The notes beneath the pieces are model-generated. The model worked only from the letters and a program-made list of their open reading frames with translations, was not told the DNA's origin and did not search any database. Both the position numbers and the translations under genes were made by a program. From a candidate division WOR-3 bacterium (GTDB lineage: Bacteria > Hydrothermota > 32-111): 64,000 nt of DNA. Positions 40,535 to 50,427 of the stretch are shown piece after piece (the first letter of the stretch is position 1; every line of letters starts with the position of its first letter). The stretch spans positions 1 to 64,000 of the forward strand of contig JBBFKX010000003.1 of the NCBI GenBank assembly GCA_037481815.1, in the 5' to 3' direction.

Positions 40535-41550
40535 TCCTTATTTTTCAATTCTACACTTTGTGTTGGAAAAGCAAAATTGATCTTTTCTTTATCAAAATTG
40601 TATTTTACAAGATAGTGAAAATCTTCTTTTATCTGGGCTATATTCTGGGATTTGTTTACTGCAAAATTCACATAAAGGTTTACAGAATATTGATCAAATT
40701 TATAAAAACCCACATTTATTGAGTTTTTATCTTCAATCCTTTTATCATCGTTCAGTATTTTTGTAACTATATCTGATGCTTTCTTAATGGTTTCAACAGG
40801 TGTTCTATATTCAAGTTGTAAAACATAGGAAATTTTTATCAGATTGTTTTCCATATGGTTCACAATTTTACTTTTAGCAACAAGGCTGTTAGGAAAAATC
40901 ACTATTTTGTTATCATACCTTCTCAACTTTGTCGTTCTTAAACCAACACTCATTATATAACCCAGTTCATCGTTGATTTCAACTAGGTCTCCAACATTTA
41001 AAACTTTCGAGAAAAATATCGTCATTCCACCTATCACGTTTGACAACAGATCCTGAGCCGCAAGTGCTATCGCAGCACTTCCTATTCCAAGTCCAGTAAT
41101 TATCGAGAGTACATTAACACCAAGAATACTTAAAATAAAAGTTGATGCCACTATCAACGAAAACACCAGAACAGTTTTTTTCAGAAGAGATTCTATCTGT
41201 AGTGAAAGGTTAATATGCTGTCTGAGAATATCATCTCTGTAGATTCTTTCAATAAAAAAGTTCACAAAAGATACGAAAAGGAATGTAAAGGTTAAGACAT
41301 ATAATATTTTTGTAATGTCAACCAATATGTTGAATACCTGAGTGTATTTTGTAAAAAAAGAAACAGAAATATGGAACGAGATTGAATACAAAAGGAAAAT
41401 TATAAACCAGAAAAATCTTTTGAAAAATTTATACTTTTTCTCTTTGAAGAAAATTATCAGAAACAATGTTATGGATGTTGATATCAAAATGAGAAAAAGC
41501 AAAAGAATGTATGAACTTATTTTATTTTCAAAGATTAATCTATCCATCAT
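40531..41550 (-). CDS. MscS family mechanosensitive channel
   Basis: GLGIG..A.ALAAQD, GD.V, GLRTT, PNS, FAFP. Confidence 0.9.
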   Translation of the reverse strand: MMDRLIFENKISSYILLLFLILISTSITLFLIIFFKEKKYKFFKRFFWFIIFLLYSISFHISVSFFTKYTQVFNILVDITKILYVLTFTFLFVSFVNFFIERIYRDDILRQHINLSLQIESLLKKTVLVFSLIVASTFILSILGVNVLSIITGLGIGSAAIALAAQDLLSNVIGGMTIFFSKVLNVGDLVEINDELGYIMSVGLRTTKLRRYDNKIVIFPNSLVAKSKIVNHMENNLIKISYVLQLEYRTPVETIKKASDIVTKILNDDKRIEDKNSINVGFYKFDQYSVNLYVNFAVNKSQNIAQIKEDFHYLVKYNFDKEKINFAFPTQSVELKNKE

Positions 41551-42743
41551 CCTTTCCTTCTATTATACTCCTTTATTCCAAGCGAAAGAATCTTTATCGC
41601 ATCTTCAAGTTCTTTTGTGTTTAAAACGTAAGCAATCCTTATCTCATCTTTTCCTTTATCAGGGGAAGCGTAGAATCCATTGGCGGGTGCAACCATAACA
41701 GTTTTTCCATCAACTTCGAAATCTGTTAACATCCATTTAGCAAAATTATCAGCGTCATCAACAGGAAGTTTAACAACAACATAAAATGCACCCTCAGGTT
41801 TTCTTGTAAATACACCTTCAACCTTGATCAAATTTTCATAAACAACATCCCTTCTTTTCTGATATTCTTCTATCATTTCTTTCATAAAACTTTTCATATG
41901 TTTGTAACCTTCTATCATTCCTATCTGTTCGATCGTAGGTGGACACAATCTCGCCTGTCCTAACTTCAAAACTCCTTTCATCACATTTTTATTTTTTGAA
42001 ACAAGATATCCTATCCTTGCTCCACATGCCGAAAACCTTTTTGAAATAGAATCGAGCATTATTGAATTTTCCTGTGTTCCATCGATTTCAAGAATCGAGG
42101 TATGTTTTTTGTTATCAAAAACAAACTCCCTGTAAACCTCATCCGAGAGAATGAATAGGTTATGTTTTTTAGCAATTTTTACAACCATCTCCATTTCCTC
42201 TCTGGTAAAGATAGTTCCAGTTGGATTGTTCGGAGTGCATATAAGAATCGCTTTTGTTTTTGGAGTTATCAACTTTTCAAACTCTCTTTCATCAGGTAAA
42301 TGGAAACCAGTTTCAACTCTCGTTAACAATGGAACTACTCTCAATCCAGCCATTGATGCGAAACCGTTGTAGTTTGTATAAAAAGGTTCAGGTATTATGA
42401 TCTCATCACCATGATCCGCAACGGTCATCATCGCAAATATAATTGCCTCGGATCCACCTGTTGTTATGAAAACCTCATTTGGATTAACATCATAACCTAT
42501 TCCTGTAAGATATTCTGCTACAGTTTCCCTTGCAACTTTTAACCCCTGTGAAGGACCATAAGCTAAAACATGTTCAGAATAGTTTTTTATAGCGTCATAA
42601 ATATAGGTCGGTGTTGGTATGTCAGGTTGTCCGATGTTCAGATGATAAACTTTTATTCCTCTGCTTTTCGCATCTTCAGAATAAGACAAAAGTTTTCTTA
42701 TCGGTGATTCCTGCATGTTAATTACTCTTTCCGATATCTTCAT
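41547..42743 (-). CDS. PLP-dependent aminotransferase class I/II (aspartate aminotransferase-like)
   Basis: LNIGQPD, PNNPTG, DEVY, SISKR...GARIG. Confidence 0.92.
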   Translation of the reverse strand: MKISERVINMQESPIRKLLSYSEDAKSRGIKVYHLNIGQPDIPTPTYIYDAIKNYSEHVLAYGPSQGLKVARETVAEYLTGIGYDVNPNEVFITTGGSEAIIFAMMTVADHGDEIIIPEPFYTNYNGFASMAGLRVVPLLTRVETGFHLPDEREFEKLITPKTKAILICTPNNPTGTIFTREEMEMVVKIAKKHNLFILSDEVYREFVFDNKKHTSILEIDGTQENSIMLDSISKRFSACGARIGYLVSKNKNVMKGVLKLGQARLCPPTIEQIGMIEGYKHMKSFMKEMIEEYQKRRDVVYENLIKVEGVFTRKPEGAFYVVVKLPVDDADNFAKWMLTDFEVDGKTVMVAPANGFYASPDKGKDEIRIAYVLNTKELEDAIKILSLGIKEYNRRKG

Positions 42744-42948
42744 TCAATTCCTCCATTTTTTCTTTTCTCTCTTTTCCCAGCCTTCTGATCTCATCGAGAA
42801 CTTCCTGCTTCTTCAAAACGTTTTTACTTTCAAGGACATTAACCAGTGCTTCTATTGAGAGTGCATTCGTGTAAAACATTTCGGCTGGAGAAAGATTGAT
42901 TTTTATAAGTTTATTTTCTTTTTTCTTCTTTTTCTTGAACAGATTCAT
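42718..42948 (-). CDS. Hypothetical protein
   Basis: Overlaps both neighbours in the operon; helical EAL..VL..K......EV segment. Confidence 0.65.
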   Translation of the reverse strand: MNLFKKKKKKENKLIKINLSPAEMFYTNALSIEALVNVLESKNVLKKQEVLDEIRRLGKERKEKMEELNEDIGKSN

Positions 42949-43262
42949 TTTAACCCCACTATGAAATAACCAATGCCTATTCCAACAAAATCGTAAATGA
43001 GATCTTTGTAAGAAACAGTCCCATCTGAGTATCGATCATAAATTTCTTTTCCAAATGAAAATAGAACTGGAATACTTACTGAAAGAGTTATATTCTCAAG
43101 TTCAGAGTCGTTTTTCATAAAACTTTTAACAAAAAGTGCTGTTGATGCTGTCATCGCAAAAGTCGTAAAAAGATGATCAATTTTATCCTTTGAAAAAAAA
43201 GGATCTGAAAAAATATTTGTAAAGAAAACAATAAACAAAAATAGAGTTAAAAGTTTACGCAT
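42945..43262 (-). CDS. YfiM/DUF2279-like small membrane protein
   Basis: DK..H, KE.YD, S.KDL.YD..G. Confidence 0.7.
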   Translation of the reverse strand: MRKLLTLFLFIVFFTNIFSDPFFSKDKIDHLFTTFAMTASTALFVKSFMKNDSELENITLSVSIPVLFSFGKEIYDRYSDGTVSYKDLIYDFVGIGIGYFIVGLK

Positions 43263-44188
43263 TTTTCAGGTCTCCTTTTTTCAACAAGCACTTCAACTAT
43301 CGATTTGACACAGATCTTTGCCATTTTTTCTCTTGTTTCTTCTGTTGCACTTCCTATATGTGGTAACAGAACAACATTGCTCATTCTTAAGAGTTCTTCT
43401 TCGATTATAGGTTCGTTCTCATAAACATCAAGACCGGCACCCTTTATTATGTCGTTTTTCAAGGCGTATACAAGATCCTTTTCCTTTATCAGTTTCCCTC
43501 GCGCTGTATTTATGATGATAGCATCTTTTTTCATCTTTTTAAACACTTCAAGATCAAACTTAAAAAGGGTTTGTTCATTTAAAGGTGCATTGATCGATAT
43601 GAAATCAGATTCTTTTATTAGTCTTTCAAAACTCACTTTTTTGCTTATACCATCTTCTATCGCAGTTTCATCGGTAAAGATCGTTTCCATTCCAAAACCT
43701 TTAGTCCTTCTTGCAACAGCTTTTCCAATCCTTCCGTAACCAAAGATCCCAAGAGTTTTACCAAAAAGATCTTTGCCCAGAAGAAGATCCGGTTTCCATC
43801 CTTTGAACTCACCTCTTCTTACAAAATTATCTCCTTCGACTATTCTTCTTGTGACAGCAAGAAGTAAAGCAAAAGCGATATCAGCAGTTGCTTCAGTTAA
43901 AACATCTGGAGTGTTTGAAACAAAAATATTTTTTTCTTTCGCATACGAAACATCAATGTTATCATATCCGACAGCATAGTTTGCAACTATCTTCAATTTT
44001 TTCCCTTTATCTAAAATATTTTTATCTATCCTATCACTTAAAAGACATAAAAGCCCATCGTAACCCTCTATAACCTGTTCTAATTTTTCATAAGAAATTC
44101 CATTCTCAAACAGATCAACATCTATTCCATATCCGTTAAGATATTTTTTCGTATCAAAAGGTAATTTGTGTGTTTGTAAAATTTTCAT
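43247..44188 (-). CDS. D-2-hydroxyacid dehydrogenase (glyoxylate/hydroxypyruvate reductase, GyaR-like)
   Basis: AVGYDNID, NTPDVLT, G.GRIG, NTARG, LDVYE.EP, PHIGSAT. Confidence 0.92.
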   Translation of the reverse strand: MKILQTHKLPFDTKKYLNGYGIDVDLFENGISYEKLEQVIEGYDGLLCLLSDRIDKNILDKGKKLKIVANYAVGYDNIDVSYAKEKNIFVSNTPDVLTEATADIAFALLLAVTRRIVEGDNFVRRGEFKGWKPDLLLGKDLFGKTLGIFGYGRIGKAVARRTKGFGMETIFTDETAIEDGISKKVSFERLIKESDFISINAPLNEQTLFKFDLEVFKKMKKDAIIINTARGKLIKEKDLVYALKNDIIKGAGLDVYENEPIIEEELLRMSNVVLLPHIGSATEETREKMAKICVKSIVEVLVEKRRPEKCVNF

Positions 44189-44733
44189 AATCCCAGATCC
44201 TCCGAAATAGATTTCATCGCTTCAAGACAAATACTGATAAATTCTTCCAACTTTAAACCAGTTTCCTCTATCATCTGGATCTGTTCTCTGTTTGCACCAG
44301 CAGCAAACCTTTTTTCCTTAAATCTTCTGAGCACAAACTCTGTATCGATCTTATTTATCTTCTTTTCAGGGTGCATCAACGCTGATGCAACTATCAACCC
44401 AGTTAAAGGATCCACAGAAAAAAGAACCTTTTCGATAAGTTTTTCTCTCTCTTTATGACCTGGATGAGCGAGTATTGAATCAAGAATATTTTTTGTAACA
44501 TCAAGGTTTTTCAGTTTTTCAACTGTAAGGAAACCATGTTTTTGAGGATCCTTGAAGGTTTCTTTATAATCCAGATCGTGAAGAAGTCCTGCGAGGGCCC
44601 ATTCTTGTTCATCCTCTTTAAAATGTTTTGCAAGTGCTTTCATACACACTTCGCACGAAAGCATATGTTTCACGAGGTTCTGGTTGTCAACATTCTCTTT
44701 TACGAGTTTCAAAGCTTCATCTCTTGAGATCAT
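44185..44733 (-). CDS. HDIG domain phosphohydrolase
   Basis: KH, GLLHDLD, H, D.LTGLI, K.FAAG..R. Confidence 0.88.
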   Translation of the reverse strand: MISRDEALKLVKENVDNQNLVKHMLSCEVCMKALAKHFKEDEQEWALAGLLHDLDYKETFKDPQKHGFLTVEKLKNLDVTKNILDSILAHPGHKEREKLIEKVLFSVDPLTGLIVASALMHPEKKINKIDTEFVLRRFKEKRFAAGANREQIQMIEETGLKLEEFISICLEAMKSISEDLGL

Positions 44734-44743
44734 TTAAACTCCT

Positions 44744-45562
44744 TCATTCTTCTTCGTTTTTGTTTTTCCTTTTGATAATGTCATTGTAAAGGTTCATATA
44801 CTTAAAAATCGAATCGTTCAATCCAATTTTATAATAATACTTTACGATCCTATCGTACGCATCAAAATTTGTCGAATCTATCGATATAACTTTTTTAAGA
44901 ATCTCTAATCCTTTTTTTTCGTTTTTTGATTTGAGGTTTAACTCTGCATAATTCATCAAAAGTTGACAATCAAAAGAATCAACTTTAAGCCCATCTTCGT
45001 AATATCTTTTCGCCTGTTCGATGTTTCCTTGAAGAAATTCTATATTACCCAGAAATTTATACGCTTCAACATTATTATTTTCCATCTGCAGAGATTTTAG
45101 AAGAAAATCTTTCGCTTTAACAGGATCATTTTTCCTGACGAAAACTTTTCCAAGAAGAAGGTATATTTTAAAATTTTCAGGCGAAAAATATTCCGCTTTT
45201 TTTAAATAATATTCAGAAGAGTCATACTCTCCCTTTTTATAAAATGATAAAGAATAGTTGTAATATAATGTTCCAACAACCTTTTCTATACCTATAAAAT
45301 CACCTTTTAAATCTTCATACCTTTTTGTGTTTATAACCGCTCTTTTGGTATCATAAAGTTTTTCATCTGAAAGAAAAATTATATCAGCAAGTGTTTTTTT
45401 ATCAGGTTTGATCTTAAAATTTTCCTCAGCAATCTTCAAAGCGTTCCTGTAATCACCTTTTTCCATGTAGGATCTGTAATCTTTCCGAGAACACGATATC
45501 GATATAATGATCAAGAAAAACAAAACTGACAATTTAAAGTATCTTCTCATAAAGGTTCCCAT
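44744..45562 (-). CDS. TPR lipoprotein
   Basis: Lipobox SISC; tandem TPR repeats. Confidence 0.8.
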   Translation of the reverse strand: MGTFMRRYFKLSVLFFLIIISISCSRKDYRSYMEKGDYRNALKIAEENFKIKPDKKTLADIIFLSDEKLYDTKRAVINTKRYEDLKGDFIGIEKVVGTLYYNYSLSFYKKGEYDSSEYYLKKAEYFSPENFKIYLLLGKVFVRKNDPVKAKDFLLKSLQMENNNVEAYKFLGNIEFLQGNIEQAKRYYEDGLKVDSFDCQLLMNYAELNLKSKNEKKGLEILKKVISIDSTNFDAYDRIVKYYYKIGLNDSIFKYMNLYNDIIKRKNKNEEE

Positions 45563-46571
45563 TTTTTATCAACAAACTTTCAAATCTAACGCCATATTTC
45601 AAAGGTATGAATATCGACGAAGTCAGTTTAAAGATTTCCCCATCCTTTACAGTTCTATCTGTTACAAAGGTGTTTATCTCACCGGTTCCAGCACATGAAA
45701 CATAGGAAAAACCATATTCTATAGACATCTTTTCAAGTTTATGGCTCCTTAAATAATCCCTATAATTCATCTCACACTCTTTGATACTTCCTCTTTTAAC
45801 AAGGCCAGCAAGTAAAACATCTATTCCATCTTTTGCTATATTGAAAATTTTTTCTTTATTTTTGGACAATTTCCCAAAAGGAAAACTTCTCGAAAAAGAG
45901 AAACCAACACCACCTTTCATCACACCGATATCGAGAACAACTATTCTATTTTCTTTTAAAATGTCTCCATTAAGGGTTGGATATATCGTTTTTACATCAA
46001 ACCCAACATAGGTTGGTAAATATCTTTTGAATCCATCTTCATAGATCAAAAGATCGACTGCATTCCTGAGTTGAACATCCATGATTCCAGATTTTAACAT
46101 CCTTTCAACCTTATCAAAAATGAATTCCATCCTTTCGGCAATCTTTTTGATTTTTGAAATCTCATTTTTACTCTTTAAAGTTCCCAGAGTTTTTGAAGGT
46201 GAAACGAATTTAAATGTAACATAATCTTTAAAATAAAGAGAAAAAGAGGTGTTTACAAGTCCCACTCTTGTAATGCTATTCTCTTTTAAAATGTTCAACC
46301 ATTCTTTAAGAAACAATCTACCATTTTTCAAGTAATCTATGGTATCACCTTTTATAACCTCCACTGAATCAAAATTTCTCACCCTCGGGTATAGAAGGTA
46401 ATCGACTATAAGATAAACCTTCTTTTTTCCGATAAAAAGATTTGCATCATATTCACCATAGTTGAAAGAGAGATCTTTTTCAAGAAGATCAAAAACCTGC
46501 TCTGGATCATCTATAAAGATCATCTCCTTATCCTTTAAAAGATTTTGAATTATTTTTATTTTATTTTCCAT
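45534..46571 (-). CDS. M24 (Xaa-Pro peptidase) fold protein with degenerate metal site
   Basis: KS..EI, D.G...G..S..SR, IFIP..YGVRFE. Confidence 0.7.
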   Translation of the reverse strand: MENKIKIIQNLLKDKEMIFIDDPEQVFDLLEKDLSFNYGEYDANLFIGKKKVYLIVDYLLYPRVRNFDSVEVIKGDTIDYLKNGRLFLKEWLNILKENSITRVGLVNTSFSLYFKDYVTFKFVSPSKTLGTLKSKNEISKIKKIAERMEFIFDKVERMLKSGIMDVQLRNAVDLLIYEDGFKRYLPTYVGFDVKTIYPTLNGDILKENRIVVLDIGVMKGGVGFSFSRSFPFGKLSKNKEKIFNIAKDGIDVLLAGLVKRGSIKECEMNYRDYLRSHKLEKMSIEYGFSYVSCAGTGEINTFVTDRTVKDGEIFKLTSSIFIPLKYGVRFESLLIKNGNLYEKIL

Positions 46572-47604
46572 AATTTTTCAACTCTTCATAAAAAAGTTTT
46601 AAAATCTCTTCGATCGGTCCCGTTTTTACTATCTCTCCTTTTTTGAAAAGAACTCCGGTTCCATTCCCACCCGTGATACCAAGATCAGCATCTTTTGCTT
46701 CTCCTGGACCATTGACAACACATCCCATCACTGCCACCTTTATTCTGCTGTTGACATTTTCAAGGATCTTTTCAACTTCCTTCTGAACAGAAATAACATC
46801 AAAAGTCGTTCTACTACATGTTGGACAAGCAATAACATCTGGCACATTTGAGTTTATATGTAATGAGGATAAAATCATCTTAGCAACATCAACCTCGTAA
46901 AGCGGAGATTCTGAAAGTGATACTCTTATAGTATCACCTACTCCGTTCAAAAGCAGATAAGATATACCTATAGAATTTTTTATCGAACCTCTCAGAAGTC
47001 CTCCTGCTTCAGTTACACCAAGATGTATGGGAAAATCCAATTCTTTCATTTTCATGTTTGCATCTATCATTTCCAAAACATCCGATGATTTAACAGAAAG
47101 AACAAGATTATCAAAATCGTTATCAAGAAAAAAATCAACCGATCTTTTTATCGATTCAAAAAGAGCATCAGCATTAGGATAATTATACTTTTCTAAAATT
47201 TCTTTTTCAAGTGAGCCACCATTTACACCTATTCTTATGGGGATACTTCTTTCTTTTGCAACTTTAATTATTTCGAGCAAATTTTTCTTTGAGATGTTTC
47301 CAGGATTTATCCTTATTTTTGCACAACCGATTTCAATAGCAGAGATTGCAAGTTTATAATCGAAATGAATATCAGCTATAATTGGACATGGAGAATTTTT
47401 AACAATCTTTTTCAAAGAATCTTTGCATTTTATGTCAGGATATGACACACGAACGATCTGGGCACCTCTTCTGTGGAGATCTTCTATTTGTTTTATAGTA
47501 CTTTCATAATCCTCGGTCTTTGTATTCGTCATCGATTGGATAACAACAGGATTTTTACCACCTATCGGAATATTTCCAACATATACAGTTTTTTTTGAGT
47601 TCAT
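46561..47604 (-). CDS. ispG: 4-hydroxy-3-methylbut-2-en-1-yl diphosphate synthase
   Basis: QSMTNT, ADIHF, RINPGN, HLGVTEAG, CPTCSR, MGCVVNGPGEA. Confidence 0.97.
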   Translation of the reverse strand: MNSKKTVYVGNIPIGGKNPVVIQSMTNTKTEDYESTIKQIEDLHRRGAQIVRVSYPDIKCKDSLKKIVKNSPCPIIADIHFDYKLAISAIEIGCAKIRINPGNISKKNLLEIIKVAKERSIPIRIGVNGGSLEKEILEKYNYPNADALFESIKRSVDFFLDNDFDNLVLSVKSSDVLEMIDANMKMKELDFPIHLGVTEAGGLLRGSIKNSIGISYLLLNGVGDTIRVSLSESPLYEVDVAKMILSSLHINSNVPDVIACPTCSRTTFDVISVQKEVEKILENVNSRIKVAVMGCVVNGPGEAKDADLGITGGNGTGVLFKKGEIVKTGPIEEILKLFYEELKNYGK

Positions 47605-48863
47605 TCTTCAACCCTTTTGATCTTTGCTCCAATTTTTCTTAACTTCTTTTCTATAGATTCATATCCTCTGTCAATATGATATATCCTTTTTATCTCACTT
47701 TCACCTTCAGCTGCAAGAGCTGCTATTACAAGTGCTGCAGAAGCACGAAGATCTGAAGCCATTACTGGTGCACCTAAAAGTTTTTTTACACCTTTAATGA
47801 TCGCTTTGTTAGAATCAATCTTTATATCGGCTCCCATCCTTAAAAGTTCCGGTACATGCATAAACCTTTTTTCAAAAATATTTTCCGAAACTATGGATAT
47901 TCCATCTACAAGTGAGAGCAACGAAACAAACTGTGCTTGCATATCCGTTGGAAAGAAAGGATATGGCAAAACATCTATGTTTACAGGTTTCAAATTTTTT
48001 GATGATTTTATGTAAATTTCATTTTCTCCTATTGAGAGTTTGAAACCAATCTCTTTGAGTTTGTTTAAAACAGCATCCATATGTTTTGGATTGCATTTTT
48101 TTAAAATAAGTTCTCCACCTGTTATCACAGCTGAAACAAGTAGAGTTCCAGCTTCGATTCTATCAGGAATAACAGTATATTCAACAGGATAAAGTTTTTC
48201 AACACCATCAATCGTTAGAACAGGTGTATCTACTCCTGTTATCCTTGCTCCCATACTGTTTAAAAATCTTGCAACATCTGAAACTTCTGGCTCTAAAGCA
48301 GCTCCCTTTATTATTGTTCTACCATCCGCTTTAACAGCAGCCATCATAACATTTATCGTGGCTCCAACAGATGTTCCCCTGCTACCTTCAAGGAACATCT
48401 CTTTGCCTTTTAATTTTTTACACCTCGCTTTTATATATCCCTTTTCCAGTTTTATTTTACATCCAAGTTCTTCAAAACCTTTTAAATGTAAATCAATTGG
48501 TCTTTCACCTATAGCACATCCTCCGGGTAAAGATGCATCCACTTTTCCCTGTCTTCCGATCAACGCTCCCATAACATAGTAAGATGCTCTCATCTTTCTC
48601 ACGAAATCGTATGGAGCCACAAACCCAACCTTTGATGGAACATCTATTATAAGTGTATTTTTATCGAATTTAATCTTTGCACCTATGTATTCCAGAACCT
48701 TGATCATATGGTTCACATCATCAACATCAGGGACATTTCTGATGACACTTCTTCCAGTTGTTAGAAGAGTTGCAACCATTATCGGAAGAACCGAATTCTT
48801 TGATCCAGAAGTGTTCAGCTCTCCTGAAAGTTTTACTCCACCTTTGATTATGAATTTATCCAT
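47601..48863 (-). CDS. murA: UDP-N-acetylglucosamine 1-carboxyvinyltransferase
   Basis: GSKN, MRAS, LPGGCAIGERPID, PDRIEAGT, FPTDMQ, DLRA, IDRGYE. Confidence 0.97.
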   Translation of the reverse strand: MDKFIIKGGVKLSGELNTSGSKNSVLPIMVATLLTTGRSVIRNVPDVDDVNHMIKVLEYIGAKIKFDKNTLIIDVPSKVGFVAPYDFVRKMRASYYVMGALIGRQGKVDASLPGGCAIGERPIDLHLKGFEELGCKIKLEKGYIKARCKKLKGKEMFLEGSRGTSVGATINVMMAAVKADGRTIIKGAALEPEVSDVARFLNSMGARITGVDTPVLTIDGVEKLYPVEYTVIPDRIEAGTLLVSAVITGGELILKKCNPKHMDAVLNKLKEIGFKLSIGENEIYIKSSKNLKPVNIDVLPYPFFPTDMQAQFVSLLSLVDGISIVSENIFEKRFMHVPELLRMGADIKIDSNKAIIKGVKKLLGAPVMASDLRASAALVIAALAAEGESEIKRIYHIDRGYESIEKKLRKIGAKIKRVEE

Positions 48864-48864
48864 A

Positions 48865-50097
48865 TTACTCCCTTTTTATGAATGGATCAAAATTTGAATA
48901 AAACTGAATATAACCTTTATCATAGAAAAAGTATTTTCCACCCTTTTGAATATCCCTGTAGTCGGTTTCGAATCCTTTTTTGGCAACAAGATATGAATTT
49001 TCACCCAACTTAACCTTTAAACTCAAAACGAATCTTGTTTGAAATGAACCATATGAATTCGTATCATCTTCTCTTTTTATATTCGAAATCACCTGGCCAC
49101 CACTTATATCAAAAATATTTTTTGAAAAAGTATAACCAACAAACAAAAGATCTGTTTCTTTTTCAAAAAATTGCTCAACTTCCCTATACCCTTTTTCGTA
49201 TAAAAGGTCAAACTGGTTTACACCTCTTTTGTACAAAAAAGAAAAAGATAATTTTATTCTCGCATCCCGTTCTTCTGTTGTATCAGTAAGGTTAAACAAC
49301 GAAGTTGCCAGGTTTAACATTGTCAGTCTAAATCCAGTTGATAAGATATTTTGTTCTTTCCTGTCAGTATAGAATATTTGAGAAAAGATATAGTCATAAC
49401 TTGTATCAACTGAAAAAGAATATAAGAAGGAATCTAAAACCTCATCATAAAAATAATGTTTTTCTCTTGTAAAAAGTTTTTTCCTGTATAAAGTTAAAAA
49501 TTCAAGTTTTTTTATTTCCCCTTTTGAATAAAGAGATAAAATGTATGGATTGTTCTCATATATCCGTGGTTTTTCTATAATATTCTCGTTCCAGTTTTTA
49601 TGGGAATAGTTGTTATCAAAATTTTCAAGTATCAACGAAAATCTGTTTTCGGTGTTAAAACCTTTAAAATCAAAATGGAATGTTAAATCTGACTCCTTTT
49701 TATAAAAGGTTGGGTTTGCGAAAAAACCTAAACCAAAAAAATCTTTAAATCTGTAAGTCAAACCGTATTCAAAAATTTTGTTATGGAATTCAAAATCATC
49801 ATAATAAAAGTTTATAAGTTCAAAATCCAAAGATTTTATCAAAGGAATTTTTAAACCCAACAAAGATTTAATCGAAAGTTGTTCGACATTGTAACAACCA
49901 CCAGATATCATAATAAAATTTTCTTTCTTTATAAGGTCGTTAAAAATGTTTATATCAAAATCTGAACAAAATTGATCAACGATATATTCTGAATCATATG
50001 ACTCAGGCAGAATATAAGGGAAAACGAAAAGAGGTAAAAGAAGAAAAACTAAAAAAATCCTTTTTTTATTCAATTTTAAAATCCTCTGCTTTTCCAT
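48865..50097 (-). CDS. Hypothetical exported protein, probable outer-membrane beta-barrel
   Basis: Signal-like KKRIFLVFLLLPLFVF; aromatic-rich alternating strands; start uncertain. Confidence 0.55.
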   Translation of the reverse strand: MEKQRILKLNKKRIFLVFLLLPLFVFPYILPESYDSEYIVDQFCSDFDINIFNDLIKKENFIMISGGCYNVEQLSIKSLLGLKIPLIKSLDFELINFYYDDFEFHNKIFEYGLTYRFKDFFGLGFFANPTFYKKESDLTFHFDFKGFNTENRFSLILENFDNNYSHKNWNENIIEKPRIYENNPYILSLYSKGEIKKLEFLTLYRKKLFTREKHYFYDEVLDSFLYSFSVDTSYDYIFSQIFYTDRKEQNILSTGFRLTMLNLATSLFNLTDTTEERDARIKLSFSFLYKRGVNQFDLLYEKGYREVEQFFEKETDLLFVGYTFSKNIFDISGGQVISNIKREDDTNSYGSFQTRFVLSLKVKLGENSYLVAKKGFETDYRDIQKGGKYFFYDKGYIQFYSNFDPFIKRE

Positions 50098-50413
50098 AGA
50101 CGGTATCGATTTTAAGTAAATAGATCCTTAAAGTGTCCTTTTTATCAGGATCAACATTTATATCTTTTAAGATTTTTATAAGATGCTCAATTTGCTCTTT
50201 ATCCTCAACTGTTGAAAAAATTATTTTTGAATATTTATCAGAATCCTTTAAACGATATTTTAAACCCGAAAAAATTGGTATGTTGATGTTAACCGCTTGA
50301 TTTATAGTCTGTCCTTCAACTACAAAAGAATCGTTTATTCCACTTTCTACAAGTGAATTTAAAACATCCTCATAAAATTCTTCTTTATATAAAAGAAGTA
50401 TCATAAAAAACAT
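50066..50413 (-). CDS. PII-like small protein
   Basis: About 115 aa; DVL..L.E.GI....V..G, T-loop-like IPIFSGL, K.I...V.D; AAGGAG SD. Confidence 0.6.
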   Translation of the reverse strand: MFFMILLLYKEEFYEDVLNSLVESGINDSFVVEGQTINQAVNINIPIFSGLKYRLKDSDKYSKIIFSTVEDKEQIEHLIKILKDINVDPDKKDTLRIYLLKIDTVYGKAEDFKIE

Positions 50414-50427
50414 ATATTTTCTCCTTT

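Noticed and set aside
47601..48863. Fosfomycin-resistant MurA variant
   Set aside because: The active-site Cys (GGCAIG) is retained.
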